Source: an uncultured virus (IMG/VR IMGVR_UViG_3300025030_000088) (lineage: Duplodnaviria > Heunggongvirae > Uroviricota > Caudoviricetes). From it: a stretch of DNA of 64,000 nt. Below, in pieces: positions 22,088 through 32,318 of the stretch (its first letter is position 1; the number at the start of each line of letters is the position of its first letter). The position numbers and the translations under genes were made by a program. The notes beneath the pieces are model-generated. The model did no database searches. It saw nothing but the letters and a program-made list of their open reading frames with translations, and was not told the origin of the DNA. Where the stretch lies: positions 1-64,000 of IMG/VR virus record IMGVR_UViG_3300025030_000088; one strand, written 5' to 3'.

Positions 22088-22299
22088 TGTTACGTTGATT
22101 CTCCTTTTGTAGTTTATTTTATTTAGTTTATTGTATTTCAAATTTTTTAATAGGAAACGAAAATAGAAAACGAATGAGGAAATTAAAAAGAGAGCAGGAC
22201 GCATCCTAACTCTCTAAAGTGTAGTCCGAAGACATCCACCGTGATTACTTATAGTTTCCATATAAGATTTTTCTTATATATAGTTATAAAACTCTTTAT

Positions 22300-23094
22300 T
22301 TATAATGGTTTATTACTATTTTCTATTTTCCTACTTTTATCATATTCTCTTTTCCACAACTTATTTTGTTCTAATTTATTTATTTTAGCACAATCACTAC
22401 AATATTTATTTTTATTATTTCTCATTATAATTAATCTACAACAATTATTTCCTTCACAAACATCAATTCTATAACCTTTCCAATCTAAATATTCATATAT
22501 AAAATCTATAAAATCAATAATTTCAATAGCAACTTTACCTTCATCTTTTGCAAATAAAACTTTCATATTAGTACATTCAACTTTTCTTGACACCTCTATT
22601 AATTCCATATCTTTTAATTTATTAATCATTAAACCTTGATCTTTTTTACTTATTGCCATTTTTGTATCACTAAAAATATCTTTTAAACTTGAATTAACCC
22701 AATTAGCTTTATTTTTATTCATTTGATTATATATTTTAGAATAAACAAGTAAGACAAAAGCTAATTTTTCTAATCTTAAATTATTAATACTATTTATAAT
22801 TTCTAGTTCATCTTCATATACTAATATATTTATAATATAAAAAAATTCATAATCAGATAAATTACTAACTTGTTTTACAATATTCTCAATGGTATTTTTC
22901 CAATTCATAAAATTATATTTCTTATAATTATTGCTCATAAAATTATCAATAGAATCAATAACTTGTTCCTTATCTTGACCAATCTTAAAAAAATGTTTTG
23001 CTAATAATTTTATTGTGATACTTGGTTTATCATCAACATATCCATCATTTAATGATTTATTTAATAATACTTTTTCATTCAATATTATTTTCAT
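22300..23094 (-). CDS. RNA-polymerase-adjacent protein with C-terminal zinc ribbon
   Basis: ATG after GAGG overlapping the RNAP stop; C-terminal C...C / YCSDC. Confidence 0.6.
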   Translation of the reverse strand: MKIILNEKVLLNKSLNDGYVDDKPSITIKLLAKHFFKIGQDKEQVIDSIDNFMSNNYKKYNFMNWKNTIENIVKQVSNLSDYEFFYIINILVYEDELEIINSINNLRLEKLAFVLLVYSKIYNQMNKNKANWVNSSLKDIFSDTKMAISKKDQGLMINKLKDMELIEVSRKVECTNMKVLFAKDEGKVAIEIIDFIDFIYEYLDWKGYRIDVCEGNNCCRLIIMRNNKNKYCSDCAKINKLEQNKLWKREYDKSRKIENSNKPL

Positions 23095-26000
23095 TAATAT
23101 CCTCCGTAAACATCGAAAATTTATTACCACCAAACTCAATATCACCAAATTTATTTAAAATAGGGTATGATACAATATAATTATTATTTTTTAATAAATT
23201 GTTAATAATTATATCTCCACAAATATCCCATGCAAATTGTTTAGAATTATTATTCTTGTAGCAAATACTAATTACAATATTACATAATTCTTCAGCATTA
23301 CTACATAATTCATATGCTTTTTTCTTAAAAGTATCTTTTAAAATTTGTCTATGTATTTTATTTTCTTCATTATCAATTCTTTTACTTTTTATATTTTGAG
23401 AATATTGTTGTGTTTTTTCAGTATAATCTTGATATAATTTATTAATAGCATTGTATCTACCTTTAGAATATTTACTATTTGTCATTAGTATTGAATAATC
23501 AAAATCATTATTATTAATTATATTATAATTATCAAACTCTTTTTCAATTCTCCAACAAATACGATTCATCACAGATTTACTTATAGATACAGGCATTTTA
23601 ATATAATACCATTTAAGATATTCAATTTGTTCCTCTGTTTTATTTTCTAAACTTATTAACTCATCTATGGTTATACCGAATCTCATAAGACAAGTATTTT
23701 TAGTTTGGTTTATATATCTATCATATACTTTCTTCCTATATGGATATATATAATTAAAAAAATAAGGTTTTTTATTTGCTACAATACTCTTATCAAAATC
23801 ACTAATAGCAGAACGATAATCATACCATTCTTTAGGTATTTTTTTACTAACTATACCTTTAATTTTATCTATCGCATTTTGTTGATAATTTTGCCCACAC
23901 ATAATTCTATTTAATACTTCTTTATATTCTTTACTATCTTCTTTAAATTTTACTAATACATCAAACATTGAAGTGATATGATTTGTTGTTACACCTATAT
24001 CATCTCCAAATCCATCTTTATTTGATTTTATAAAATCTTTTTTCTTAGGAATTATTTTATCTGCTGTTTTTTGCACACAAAATATTGCATCTGTTTCTTT
24101 AATGGAATTAAGTATCGTAGAATTATTAGTTGTAAATACACAATCACTCGATTGTACCCCTGCTTTCGCAGTATTTCAAAAGGGACTAGACTATATCATC
24201 ATCCTTAAAAAATTAAGGAGTCCGGCACTTCGATTTAAGGGAATTTCACCCACTGTATCGCTACAGTCCTACTCCTATTGTGGAATTTCACCACTATTTC
24301 AGGATAGTCGTTTAACGATTATCTTAATAATTATTAAGATTTCGCACAGGATTATCATATGTGTGTTTATTTATATTAATTTAACTAACAAATTTATAAT
24401 AATGTTTTAAATATGATTTATTATTATTAATACTTAGTATTATATTACCTCTTATAGAATCAACTTTTGCTTTTGTAAAATTATTATCCCTTAAATATTC
24501 TGCACAAGCACCTATATATTCAAAAGTATCTATATAATTATTATTAATATCATATAATTGTATTTTTCTTGCTCTGCCATTTTGCTCTTTTGGTCTAGAA
24601 TTATTTAGTTTTGCTAATTCTGGATTATTCATGTATTTTAATTTTAAACTATTATTGTTATAATTTGGATTATTTTCACCTTTCATTCTTCCATCTCTTG
24701 CAATATGTCTATTATGTAAAACTGTATATTTAATATTATATTCATGTGTTTCCCACTCTAAATTATCGACATGATTATTAGTTCTATCAAAATCTTTATG
24801 ATTAACTTCTGGATAATTATTAATATTATTAATAAATAATTTTGCAACCAATCTATGTAATCTTTCAGTTATTCTACAATCATTTTTCCCAACAGTTACA
24901 CAAACATATCCATCTTTATTTAATCTAGTTTTTAATAATTTTCCAGAACTAACTCCTATAATATTACCATAATTACTAACCTCATAATCCAGACCATTTA
25001 TATTAATATTTTTCCAAACTTCTATATTTTATTCCTCCTTGATTATAAACACACACTTAGACTTCCCCTGTTAGCCACATTGTTAAGTAGTCATTTCCTA
25101 CTACAAACAATTAAGTCAATGTGACACCTTGCTCTGCAAGTTCACCGGATTTTTCATATGTTATTACTAACATAAGGGACTGTAATCAATCCTTATCTAA
25201 ACCATTTAAAGCATGAGCAGTAGTATCCCATGAATTAAAAATTGTAATTGTATTCATATATTTATACCATTTTCGCATATCTTCTGTATTCTTCAAATTT
25301 AATATTCTAATATTATTGTGACAAGTCATAGGAGCACGAAAACAAGCAACTTTATCTACATCTAAATCATTCCAATATTTAGAATAAAATTCTCCTTCTT
25401 TTAACAAACCTGTTACTTCCATTCCAAATATATTTTGACATAAACTAAAAATATCACCTGAAACAATAGAGTAATTTGCCTTTGTCTTTAATACACCTAT
25501 CTTAGCATCTTTAATTCTTTTTTTAATCGTATTATGTATTTTATTTTTGACAAAAGAATCATCTATCATTCTTTTATCAATCATTAACGCTTTAATAAAA
25601 TCATTTTCTTCATTATTAAAATTAATTTTATCTAAATGTATACCTTTAAGAAATAATATACTTTTTCTATAATCCTTACTAATAATATCATGTATTTCTT
25701 CTGTCGTTGGTTTAATTAACTGTTCAATACCTTCAGTATTTAAGTATAAAGATTGCAAAAATTGGTAATTTGTATGTCGTTCATTTTCCAATACTTTAGG
25801 TGTATGTTTTGTAATACTAAATGAATATCCATTATTTTTACAACAAGATAGATAATGTTCAAGTGAATCATAAGAATCCCAAAGTTTAAGCATTGAGGTT
25901 GTTAAAATTAATTCTATATTTCTAATGTCTCTATCTTCATTCCAAACATCCTTAACTATATATTTTTTATTTGCTATATTTTTTGCAAAATCTTGGAAAT

Positions 26001-26862
26001 TAAACGAAAAAATCATGCCTTTACAGAAAGAATTACGCAGACAATATCCACTAGGTATAAAATATTCTTTATCTTCTTCATCAATACTTTTATCATTATT
26101 AATTTCTTTTATCCATCTTCTACTTAATTCAGGTGAGATAATACCATACCCATCACTATCATTTAATTCAATAGGATAATCTTTTTCATATACAATATCA
26201 GGATACTCTGATATAGTATCATCTATTTTAATTACATTTGCTTTAAAATTTGTTATACAGTCATTTACAACTAGTATTCCTTTTGGATCTGATACAGGAA
26301 TACTAGAAGAAGTAACTAAAGATTTATATGATTCTAGTTTTGCAGGTATAAAATTATTATTCATATTTCTACCATTATCTATTTTATTTTCTAAATCTTC
26401 ATAAACATTTTCACTAACATAAGTTATTGTATATTTTTTTACTCCTCCAGGAGTGCCTAGTAGATGTTTAAATTTAACACCGTTAATATAAAATCCTTTC
26501 TTACTATTCATTCTATCAAAATCTTTATTGTTATCTATTACTATACAAACATAATCCTTTATCAATAATAAATCATATATTTTATTATATAATGATTTAA
26601 TTTTTCTACGATTATCAATAGAAGTAGGTAGTTTTTTTATCTTGCTTATATCCCTATAAACATTATTAACTTTTTCATATATAGATTTAGTGTTAACTTT
26701 ATTTATAATATCTATAAATCTAATTAATGCACTTTCTGCCAAAGAAACTAATTCATTTTTATCAGATGCTTCATCAATACTAATATTTAAATTCCATTTT
26801 GATTTTCTTAATCTAGTAGAATTAATTTTATATATGTATCTTTGTGGTGGGTAATTTGACAA
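23075..26862 (-). CDS. YonO-like single-subunit DNA-dependent RNA polymerase, spliced: exon 1 26862-25189, exon 2 24148-23075 (~915 aa)
   Basis: DGYG, R....KG, FRAP, LNGLDKD|SD catalytic motif across the splice junction, IG..TN, Q..AID..KG, KPYFF.YIY. Confidence 0.85.
24149..25188 (-). ncRNA. Group I intron (1040 nt) carrying a homing endonuclease ORF
   Basis: 5' exon AUAAGGAU pairs with intron GUCC(C)UUAU (U.G). Terminal G. P10 UGAUUAC/GUGAUUG. P3 UCCGGU/GCCGGA. P7 GACUA/UAGUC (AAACGACUA ... GAUAUAGUCUAG). Confidence 0.9.
24381..25025 (-). CDS. Intron-encoded NUMOD4-HNH homing endonuclease
   Basis: EVWK...YEVSNYG (NUMOD4), HRLVAKLFI, VNHKD..RTNNHVDNLEW (HNH). Probable ATA start after AAGGAGG. 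Confidence 0.85.
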   Translation of the reverse strand: MEVWKNININGLDYEVSNYGNIIGVSSGKLLKTRLNKDGYVCVTVGKNDCRITERLHRLVAKLFINNINNYPEVNHKDFDRTNNHVDNLEWETHEYNIKYTVLHNRHIARDGRMKGENNPNYNNNSLKLKYMNNPELAKLNNSRPKEQNGRARKIQLYDINNNYIDTFEYIGACAEYLRDNNFTKAKVDSIRGNIILSINNNKSYLKHYYKFVS

Positions 26863-26896
26863 TAAATTAATCCTCCTTTAATAATTACATTATTAT

Positions 26897-27385
26897 TTAT
26901 TTTTCCATCATATGGTCATACCAAGCAGCTAAATGATCATCTACATCCCAATCATTAATATCTTTTGATTCATAATTGCTATGTCTCCAATTATTGTCAA
27001 TTATAAAATCATCATAACTATAATTAAATAAATCTTCACAAGTATCTTTTATAATATCTTCATCTTCAGAATTAATTATTTTAGATATTAAATCATTTTT
27101 TGATAAATTATCAGAAGTGTCATGTTCAATATCTAATTTATTTACTAATTCGATTAAATCATCTTCGTTAAAATTATATAAATAATCTTCTATTTGATCT
27201 TCTTCGTATTCATTATCGTCATCTTCATAATTTTCATCTTCATCAATTAATATAATATTTACTTCTTTTAGTTCATCATTAGTTTCTAATTCAAAATCAT
27301 CATAAAGATTATAATTAATATTAATATCATAATCTTCTTTACCTTTAAGTGTTTCAAATAATTCTTTTACTTTCATAATTATCAT
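26897..27385 (-). CDS. Highly acidic hypothetical protein
   Basis: ORF with AAAAGGAG RBS; D/E-rich. Confidence 0.6.
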   Translation of the reverse strand: MIIMKVKELFETLKGKEDYDININYNLYDDFELETNDELKEVNIILIDEDENYEDDDNEYEEDQIEDYLYNFNEDDLIELVNKLDIEHDTSDNLSKNDLISKIINSEDEDIIKDTCEDLFNYSYDDFIIDNNWRHSNYESKDINDWDVDDHLAAWYDHMMEK

Positions 27386-27479
27386 TCTCCTTTTATAAAT
27401 ATTATTTTATTTTGATTAGTATAAGAATTAAATATTCTTATACTAATCCCTAATTATCAGTAATAACTTACCTAATTAA

Positions 27480-27920
27480 CTAACAATCCATCATATAATC
27501 ATTAAACTTCTCATAAATATCTTCCTTATCTATCCCATATATACTTTCACACTTCTGTATAATTCCACCTTGTATCCATTCAAAAACATTTCTACTCTCA
27601 AACTTGCCGTCAATATAAAATGGTTTGCTACCATTATATTCCAACATCATACTAATACTCTCATTTCTAACTCCATGACCTTTAATTAAATAATTATATT
27701 GCGAGAAAATAACTTCTAACCATAATTCACATCTAAATTCATCTTTAAAACATCTCATATTATCATCCATGTATTCTATGTATTCTGCTTTAACTTTTAT
27801 ATTTTTATAATTTTCTTCACCAAAAGTTTCTACTACAAATTTATGTAATTTTTCTTCCATAATTGCTTCAATTTCATCTAAATCATATTCAGATACAATG
27901 AAATTTTTACTAATTTTCAT
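27480..27920 (-). CDS. Hypothetical protein
   Basis: ORF with AAAGGAG RBS. Confidence 0.6.
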   Translation of the reverse strand: MKISKNFIVSEYDLDEIEAIMEEKLHKFVVETFGEENYKNIKVKAEYIEYMDDNMRCFKDEFRCELWLEVIFSQYNYLIKGHGVRNESISMMLEYNGSKPFYIDGKFESRNVFEWIQGGIIQKCESIYGIDKEDIYEKFNDYMMDC

Positions 27921-27955
27921 AATATCATTTCTCCTTTATTATTTATATTATATTT

Positions 27956-28390
27956 TTATAGTGTTTTATCTGTCGTTAAACTAATCAAATCCATCATTAA
28001 CTTTTTATCTTTCTCACTCATATTATTAACTTTATACACAACATCAATCAATCTCTCAATAGAATATGTCGATATACCACTTAAAGCATTACTAACTTCT
28101 TTAACCTGACTTGTAGCTTTCTCTAATTCAGGTTTTAATTGTGTAATCTTATTTTTCAATTCATAAATCTTCTCATCATAAACTTTTTTAAGTTCAGTTT
28201 TATAAGTTAAACCAAATGATTTCAATCTTAATAAATCATCATCTAAATTTTCAATACTATTTTGAATATCTAATTTTCTTTCCTTAATTAACTTATCAAC
28301 AAAATTATTCTGACTGACTTCTGAATTTAATTCTTTAAACATTTCTGCTTGACCTTTAGTTACCCAAATTAACTCTCTGTTATCACTCAT
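27956..28390 (-). CDS. Hypothetical coiled-coil protein
   Basis: ORF with AAAGGAG RBS. Confidence 0.6.
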   Translation of the reverse strand: MSDNRELIWVTKGQAEMFKELNSEVSQNNFVDKLIKERKLDIQNSIENLDDDLLRLKSFGLTYKTELKKVYDEKIYELKNKITQLKPELEKATSQVKEVSNALSGISTYSIERLIDVVYKVNNMSEKDKKLMMDLISLTTDKTL

Positions 28391-28444
28391 AATATAATCT
28401 CCTTTATTTATATTTATTAATTTAAATTTATATGTAAATACTAC

Positions 28445-28645
28445 TTAATATCCTATAATTTCTAGAATCAACTTATAATTCTCTCTTAAAAATTCCCCTT
28501 TGCACCATTTATCACAGAAAATATTATTATCTACATCTTTCACAACGTCTTTATCCTTACTATCCAATTCCCTCAAACAATTAGAACAATATATAATATT
28601 ATTCTTGTTATCCATACTCCTTTCATTTATATTATTTTGTCCCAT
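28445..28645 (-). CDS. Small zinc-finger protein
   Basis: CSNC...FCDKWC motif. Confidence 0.6.
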   Translation of the reverse strand: MGQNNINERSMDNKNNIIYCSNCLRELDSKDKDVVKDVDNNIFCDKWCKGEFLRENYKLILEIIGY

Positions 28646-29015
28646 CTATAATATCTACCCCTAACCCTGCAATTTCCTCTAATGCACTACTACTGATTTC
28701 TATATCAATATCTAATCCTACCGAATTAAAAAGCACTTCTTCTAAATCTAATCCATTTACATGATAACTATCTAAACCATACTTATCTAATTTTTTAAGC
28801 AATCTTCCATCCTGCTCATCATATAGTATCTTACAACCTTTTAAAATCTTAATATCTATATGATTGCTATACCAACAATCTATTTTCTTTAGAATTGTAG
28901 ATATATTTGTTGTTTGGGTAGGGGAAGAGAGGATGTAGTCACCACGATCTGAATATGTAAGTTTTCCTGAATATGTAAAAGTTTTATTTAATTTATTATT
29001 ATTTATTTTATTCAT
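28632..29015 (-). CDS. Hypothetical protein
   Basis: ORF with AAGGAAGG RBS. Confidence 0.55.
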   Translation of the reverse strand: MNKINNNKLNKTFTYSGKLTYSDRGDYILSSPTQTTNISTILKKIDCWYSNHIDIKILKGCKILYDEQDGRLLKKLDKYGLDSYHVNGLDLEEVLFNSVGLDIDIEISSSALEEIAGLGVDIIDGTK

Positions 29016-29480
29016 ATATATTTACCTTCCTTTTTATTATTTATTAATTTATTTTATTAATATATTATATTTTATTGTTCAATTAACTATCTAATACTAT
29101 TTATATTATTCACTAACCTAAATAAATTCCAATATAATCTTGTTGGTCTACTTTGCATTACTATATAATTTCTATTTCTTGTAATTAAATTTCTCATATA
29201 AAATTTAATTAAAACGCAAAATTATCACTCAAATTTGCTCTTTAAAAATCTATGCCCATAACTATATAAAAATTTACACAACTCTTGAATATGACCTCTG
29301 AAATTCAATTTTAAATCACAATTATTCCTAAAAGTGCTACAAAACATTAATATTATTGACTTTATAGCATATTACCACAAACTACTGATTTATAAGGGTT
29401 TATCGCAGTTTTAAAATTAATTGAATTTAGATCAATATGAAAATTTCTAACAAAAATTAAAAAATAATAATACTAATTTA

Positions 29481-29867
29481 TTATACTATTTTCTTACTTT
29501 CCTTTTCTAACTTTTTCTCTAATTTTTGTTGACGTTTAAATTCTTTTAATTGTTCTAAACGTCCTTTTACTTTAAATTTAAGTGCTAAATCCAATTTATC
29601 TATGTATTTTTCATTTACTAATAAAATAGATTCTGTATCGCCTTGTGCTAAGATAGTATATTCAATATTTTGTTCATCTAATTTATTGATGGTTTGATTA
29701 CTAGGAAAATATATTGCCAGTGTGTCTTTAGAGTATCTGTATATATATGTACCTGAATTTCCTTGAAGATATTGATTCTTTTCATTTGTCATTTTGTCTA
29801 TTATTGTTTCATTTGTATTATAGTAATTTTCTGTAAAGATGTTGTAAATTCCTAAGTATTTCTGGAT
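29481..29867 (-). CDS. Hypothetical protein
   Basis: Frame stays open upstream of the ORF-track ATG to an ATC at 29867, 7 nt after AAAGGAGGT. Confidence 0.55.
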   Translation of the reverse strand: MQKYLGIYNIFTENYYNTNETIIDKMTNEKNQYLQGNSGTYIYRYSKDTLAIYFPSNQTINKLDEQNIEYTILAQGDTESILLVNEKYIDKLDLALKFKVKGRLEQLKEFKRQQKLEKKLEKESKKIV

Positions 29868-29921
29868 AGGGTAGACCTCCTTTCTTATAGATTTTATATA
29901 AGTTTAAATTAAATTAAACTT

Positions 29922-30113
29922 TTATTCTTCATCATTTTCTAATATTGTAAAAGTAACCATAGGATTATTTACATATTGTAATAATTCTGATCTTATTATA
30001 TCTGTTATTTTATTAAGAATAATAGGAATTATTTCATTTGAATTATTTAGATTTGAATTATTAGTTTCAAACTCAACTTTATATTCATATTTACCCATAT
30101 GGGGATTTTTCAC
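29922..30113 (-). CDS. Small hypothetical protein
   Basis: ORF downstream of a TTGACT-18-TATAAT promoter (30182-30211). Confidence 0.5.
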   Translation of the reverse strand: MKNPHMGKYEYKVEFETNNSNLNNSNEIIPIILNKITDIIRSELLQYVNNPMVTFTILENDEE

Positions 30114-30248
30114 CTCCTTTCTTATAAGATTTGTATTACTTTTAAGATTTTTGTTTATGTATTTGTTTATTGATTAATTGTATTATAGCATGAGAGTAGG
30201 GTAGAAGTCAATAATTATTTTTATATTATGTTAAATATTTTTAAATTA

Positions 30249-32231
30249 TTATGTATTTTTATTATTCAATCTTTTCTCTGCAATATCACAATAATCCTTA
30301 TTCATTTCAAATCCTATATGATCAAAACCCGATTCTCGACAAGCAAGAAATGTTGTACCTGAACCTTCAAATGGGTCTAAGCATATACCATTAGGTGGAG
30401 TAACTAATGTGACTAAATATTTAATTAATGATAATGGTTTGACGCATGGATGATTATTTCCTTCACCACGTTCCTTTTTACTTGCTTTAGCACAATACAT
30501 AAAATTAATATAATTTCCTTTTTTCTCTTTGATATTCTCTGTGATATTTATTATTAGATTCTTTGTTGATATATCTCCATTCTCGTAATTTTTCTCTTGA
30601 ACAATTTTTACAATATCCTTGATAACATTCATTTCTTTTATAAAATTCATTAATATTTTTATATTCTCCACAGTGTTGACATTTTCTATATTCAATTCCA
30701 TCAATAATTTTATGATCTTTTCTTGCATCTCCATGTAATTTATTATGTTTATATTTTGATAATAATTCCAAATTTTCAATTCTATCGTCAGATTTGTCAC
30801 TATTAATATGATGCACTTCAAATCCAACAGGAATTTCTCCATAGTTTTGTTCCCATATATATCTTGCTCTACGTTTTGAATAAATTTTTCTATCTCCTGG
30901 ATTACGCCATTTAATGTACCAACGACCTTCAGATTTTCTATAATATTCCCACATATATAATCATCCTCACAATATAATATATTTAAAAAATATCTACTTG
31001 CTCCACCTGTATCACCATGTTGATTTTGTAATGTTGATTTACCTCTTAAAAATCCCGTATTAGATTCTCCTTTATAAGCATCTTTATTTTCTTTTACTTT
31101 TCCACTTTTAGTAATACCACTTTGCAAATCTAATATTTTCCCTGCTTCTTCGTCCATAATTATATTTGCAGGGAATCTACCTTCATTATTAACACATTCT
31201 CTTGCTTGGTTTAATGGTGTACTACCTGTACCATATAAAGTATCTGATGTACCAAATCCTATTGATTTAGAATTCTCAGTAAAGTTACATTTTGCTTTAA
31301 CAATTTTTAAATCTTCTTCTGATTGATATTCAACCCTACAATCATCAATATTAATTCCACCAGTGTTCCATTTTAGAACATTATCTACTATAGTTTTTTC
31401 ACTTAGAGGTTTTCTTGCTACTATAATTGGTTCGTGTGCTGGTTTAAGGGATGTACCGTATCCAGACCATTGCTTTGCTTCTTCTGTTGCTAAATCAAAT
31501 AATTCTTCTGTTTTTGAATTTGATTGTGAACCAACAATTTTAGCAAAATCATTTCCACCACTTCTTTGATGCACAATTTCACCAATCTTTTTACCTTTTT
31601 TGCTAATAAATTGTTCTCTAAAATATGGTTTGTCCTGCAATATTTCTTCTAACAATAAATATCTTTTTTCATTGGGATTTTGAGGACAAGGAGTATTAAT
31701 ACCAATCCAATGATCTATTTGTCTAGGTGTTACATTACAATGTTTTGCAACATCTTTTTTATCTAAATTTAATAATTCCATTCTTTTTAAAATCCATTCA
31801 CCTATATTAACTTTACATCTTCTTTTTTCCATTTCTTTTGAGATATTCATTGATTTGGGAAAACCAGTCGAATAGATCCAGTCAATTTGATCTCTAATTT
31901 CAAATACTGCTAATCTTAAACTTATACACATTAAATCATATGTACGTGTTCCAGCAAAGCATAATAAGTATCCTCCTGGTTTTAATACTCTATATGCTTC
32001 TTTCCATATAGAAGGATTGGGAACAAATGAATCCCATGCGACATTCATAAATCCTTTTGAATTATGTATGTATTCTTCATTGTTTAACCAGTTAGTTAAA
32101 ACCTCTACTATATTTGGCTCTTTAGATAATCCGTAAGGTGGGTCGGTGACAATTGATGATATAGAATTATCTGGTAGTAACTTCATACCTTCTTTACAGT
32201 CTTGATTATAGATTTTATTTAGTTGTAGCAA
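30249..32231 (-). CDS. Beta-class N4C/N6A DNA methyltransferase with an XRE-HTH-like insertion and a 163-codon in-frame insertion
   Basis: VTDPPY (motif IV) near N-terminus; LKPAHEPI; GRFPAN; GGASRYF...YCAKAS; NHPCVKP; LDPFEGSGT (motif I). Confidence 0.9.
   Translation of the reverse strand: MLQLNKIYNQDCKEGMKLLPDNSISSIVTDPPYGLSKEPNIVEVLTNWLNNEEYIHNSKGFMNVAWDSFVPNPSIWKEAYRVLKPGGYLLCFAGTRTYDLMCISLRLAVFEIRDQIDWIYSTGFPKSMNISKEMEKRRCKVNIGEWILKRMELLNLDKKDVAKHCNVTPRQIDHWIGINTPCPQNPNEKRYLLLEEILQDKPYFREQFISKKGKKIGEIVHQRSGGNDFAKIVGSQSNSKTEELFDLATEEAKQWSGYGTSLKPAHEPIIVARKPLSEKTIVDNVLKWNTGGINIDDCRVEYQSEEDLKIVKAKCNFTENSKSIGFGTSDTLYGTGSTPLNQARECVNNEGRFPANIIMDEEAGKILDLQSGITKSGKVKENKDAYKGESNTGFLRGKSTLQNQHGDTGGASRYFLNILYCEDDYICGNIIENLKVVGTLNGVIQEIEKFIQNVEQDIYGNKTMEKFLLDLKCIILIVTNLTIELKIWNYYQNINIINYMEMQEKIIKLLMELNIENVNTVENIKILMNFIKEMNVIKDIVKIVQEKNYENGDISTKNLIINITENIKEKKGNYINFMYCAKASKKERGEGNNHPCVKPLSLIKYLVTLVTPPNGICLDPFEGSGTTFLACRESGFDHIGFEMNKDYCDIAEKRLNNKNT
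30505..30954 (-). CDS. HNH endonuclease nested in an alternative frame of the methyltransferase gene
   Basis: RYIWEQNYGEIP.G.EVHHINSDKSDDRIENLELL...HNKLH (HNH), then KCQHC...EFY...YCKNC zinc ribbon; own RBS GAGGATGA. Confidence 0.85.
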   Translation of the reverse strand: MWEYYRKSEGRWYIKWRNPGDRKIYSKRRARYIWEQNYGEIPVGFEVHHINSDKSDDRIENLELLSKYKHNKLHGDARKDHKIIDGIEYRKCQHCGEYKNINEFYKRNECYQGYCKNCSREKLREWRYINKESNNKYHREYQREKRKLY

Positions 32232-32318
32232 TAGGGGAGTCCTCCTTTTTATATTTTGGTTTATTTATTATATGAATTAACAAAAAATATGTATATGTAA
32301 AAAATTTATATTTATATT

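Noticed and set aside
22150..22250. tRNA or riboswitch in the GC-richer hairpins downstream of the RNAP operon
   Set aside because: No cloverleaf or recognised aptamer; AGAGAG..AGGA..TCCT..CTCTCT plus a T tract fits an intrinsic terminator on the minus strand.
24102..24410. Plus-strand 102-aa ORF
   Set aside because: Antisense to the 3' core of the RNAP intron.
30209..30236. TTATGTTAAAT, identical to the E. coli XerD arm
   Set aside because: No XerC-like or symmetric partner arm at 6-bp spacing.
30498..30986. Intein or group I/II intron explanation for the MTase insert
   Set aside because: No intein terminal residues in frame; only ~30 nt and ~7 nt flank the HNH ORF, leaving no room for a ribozyme core.
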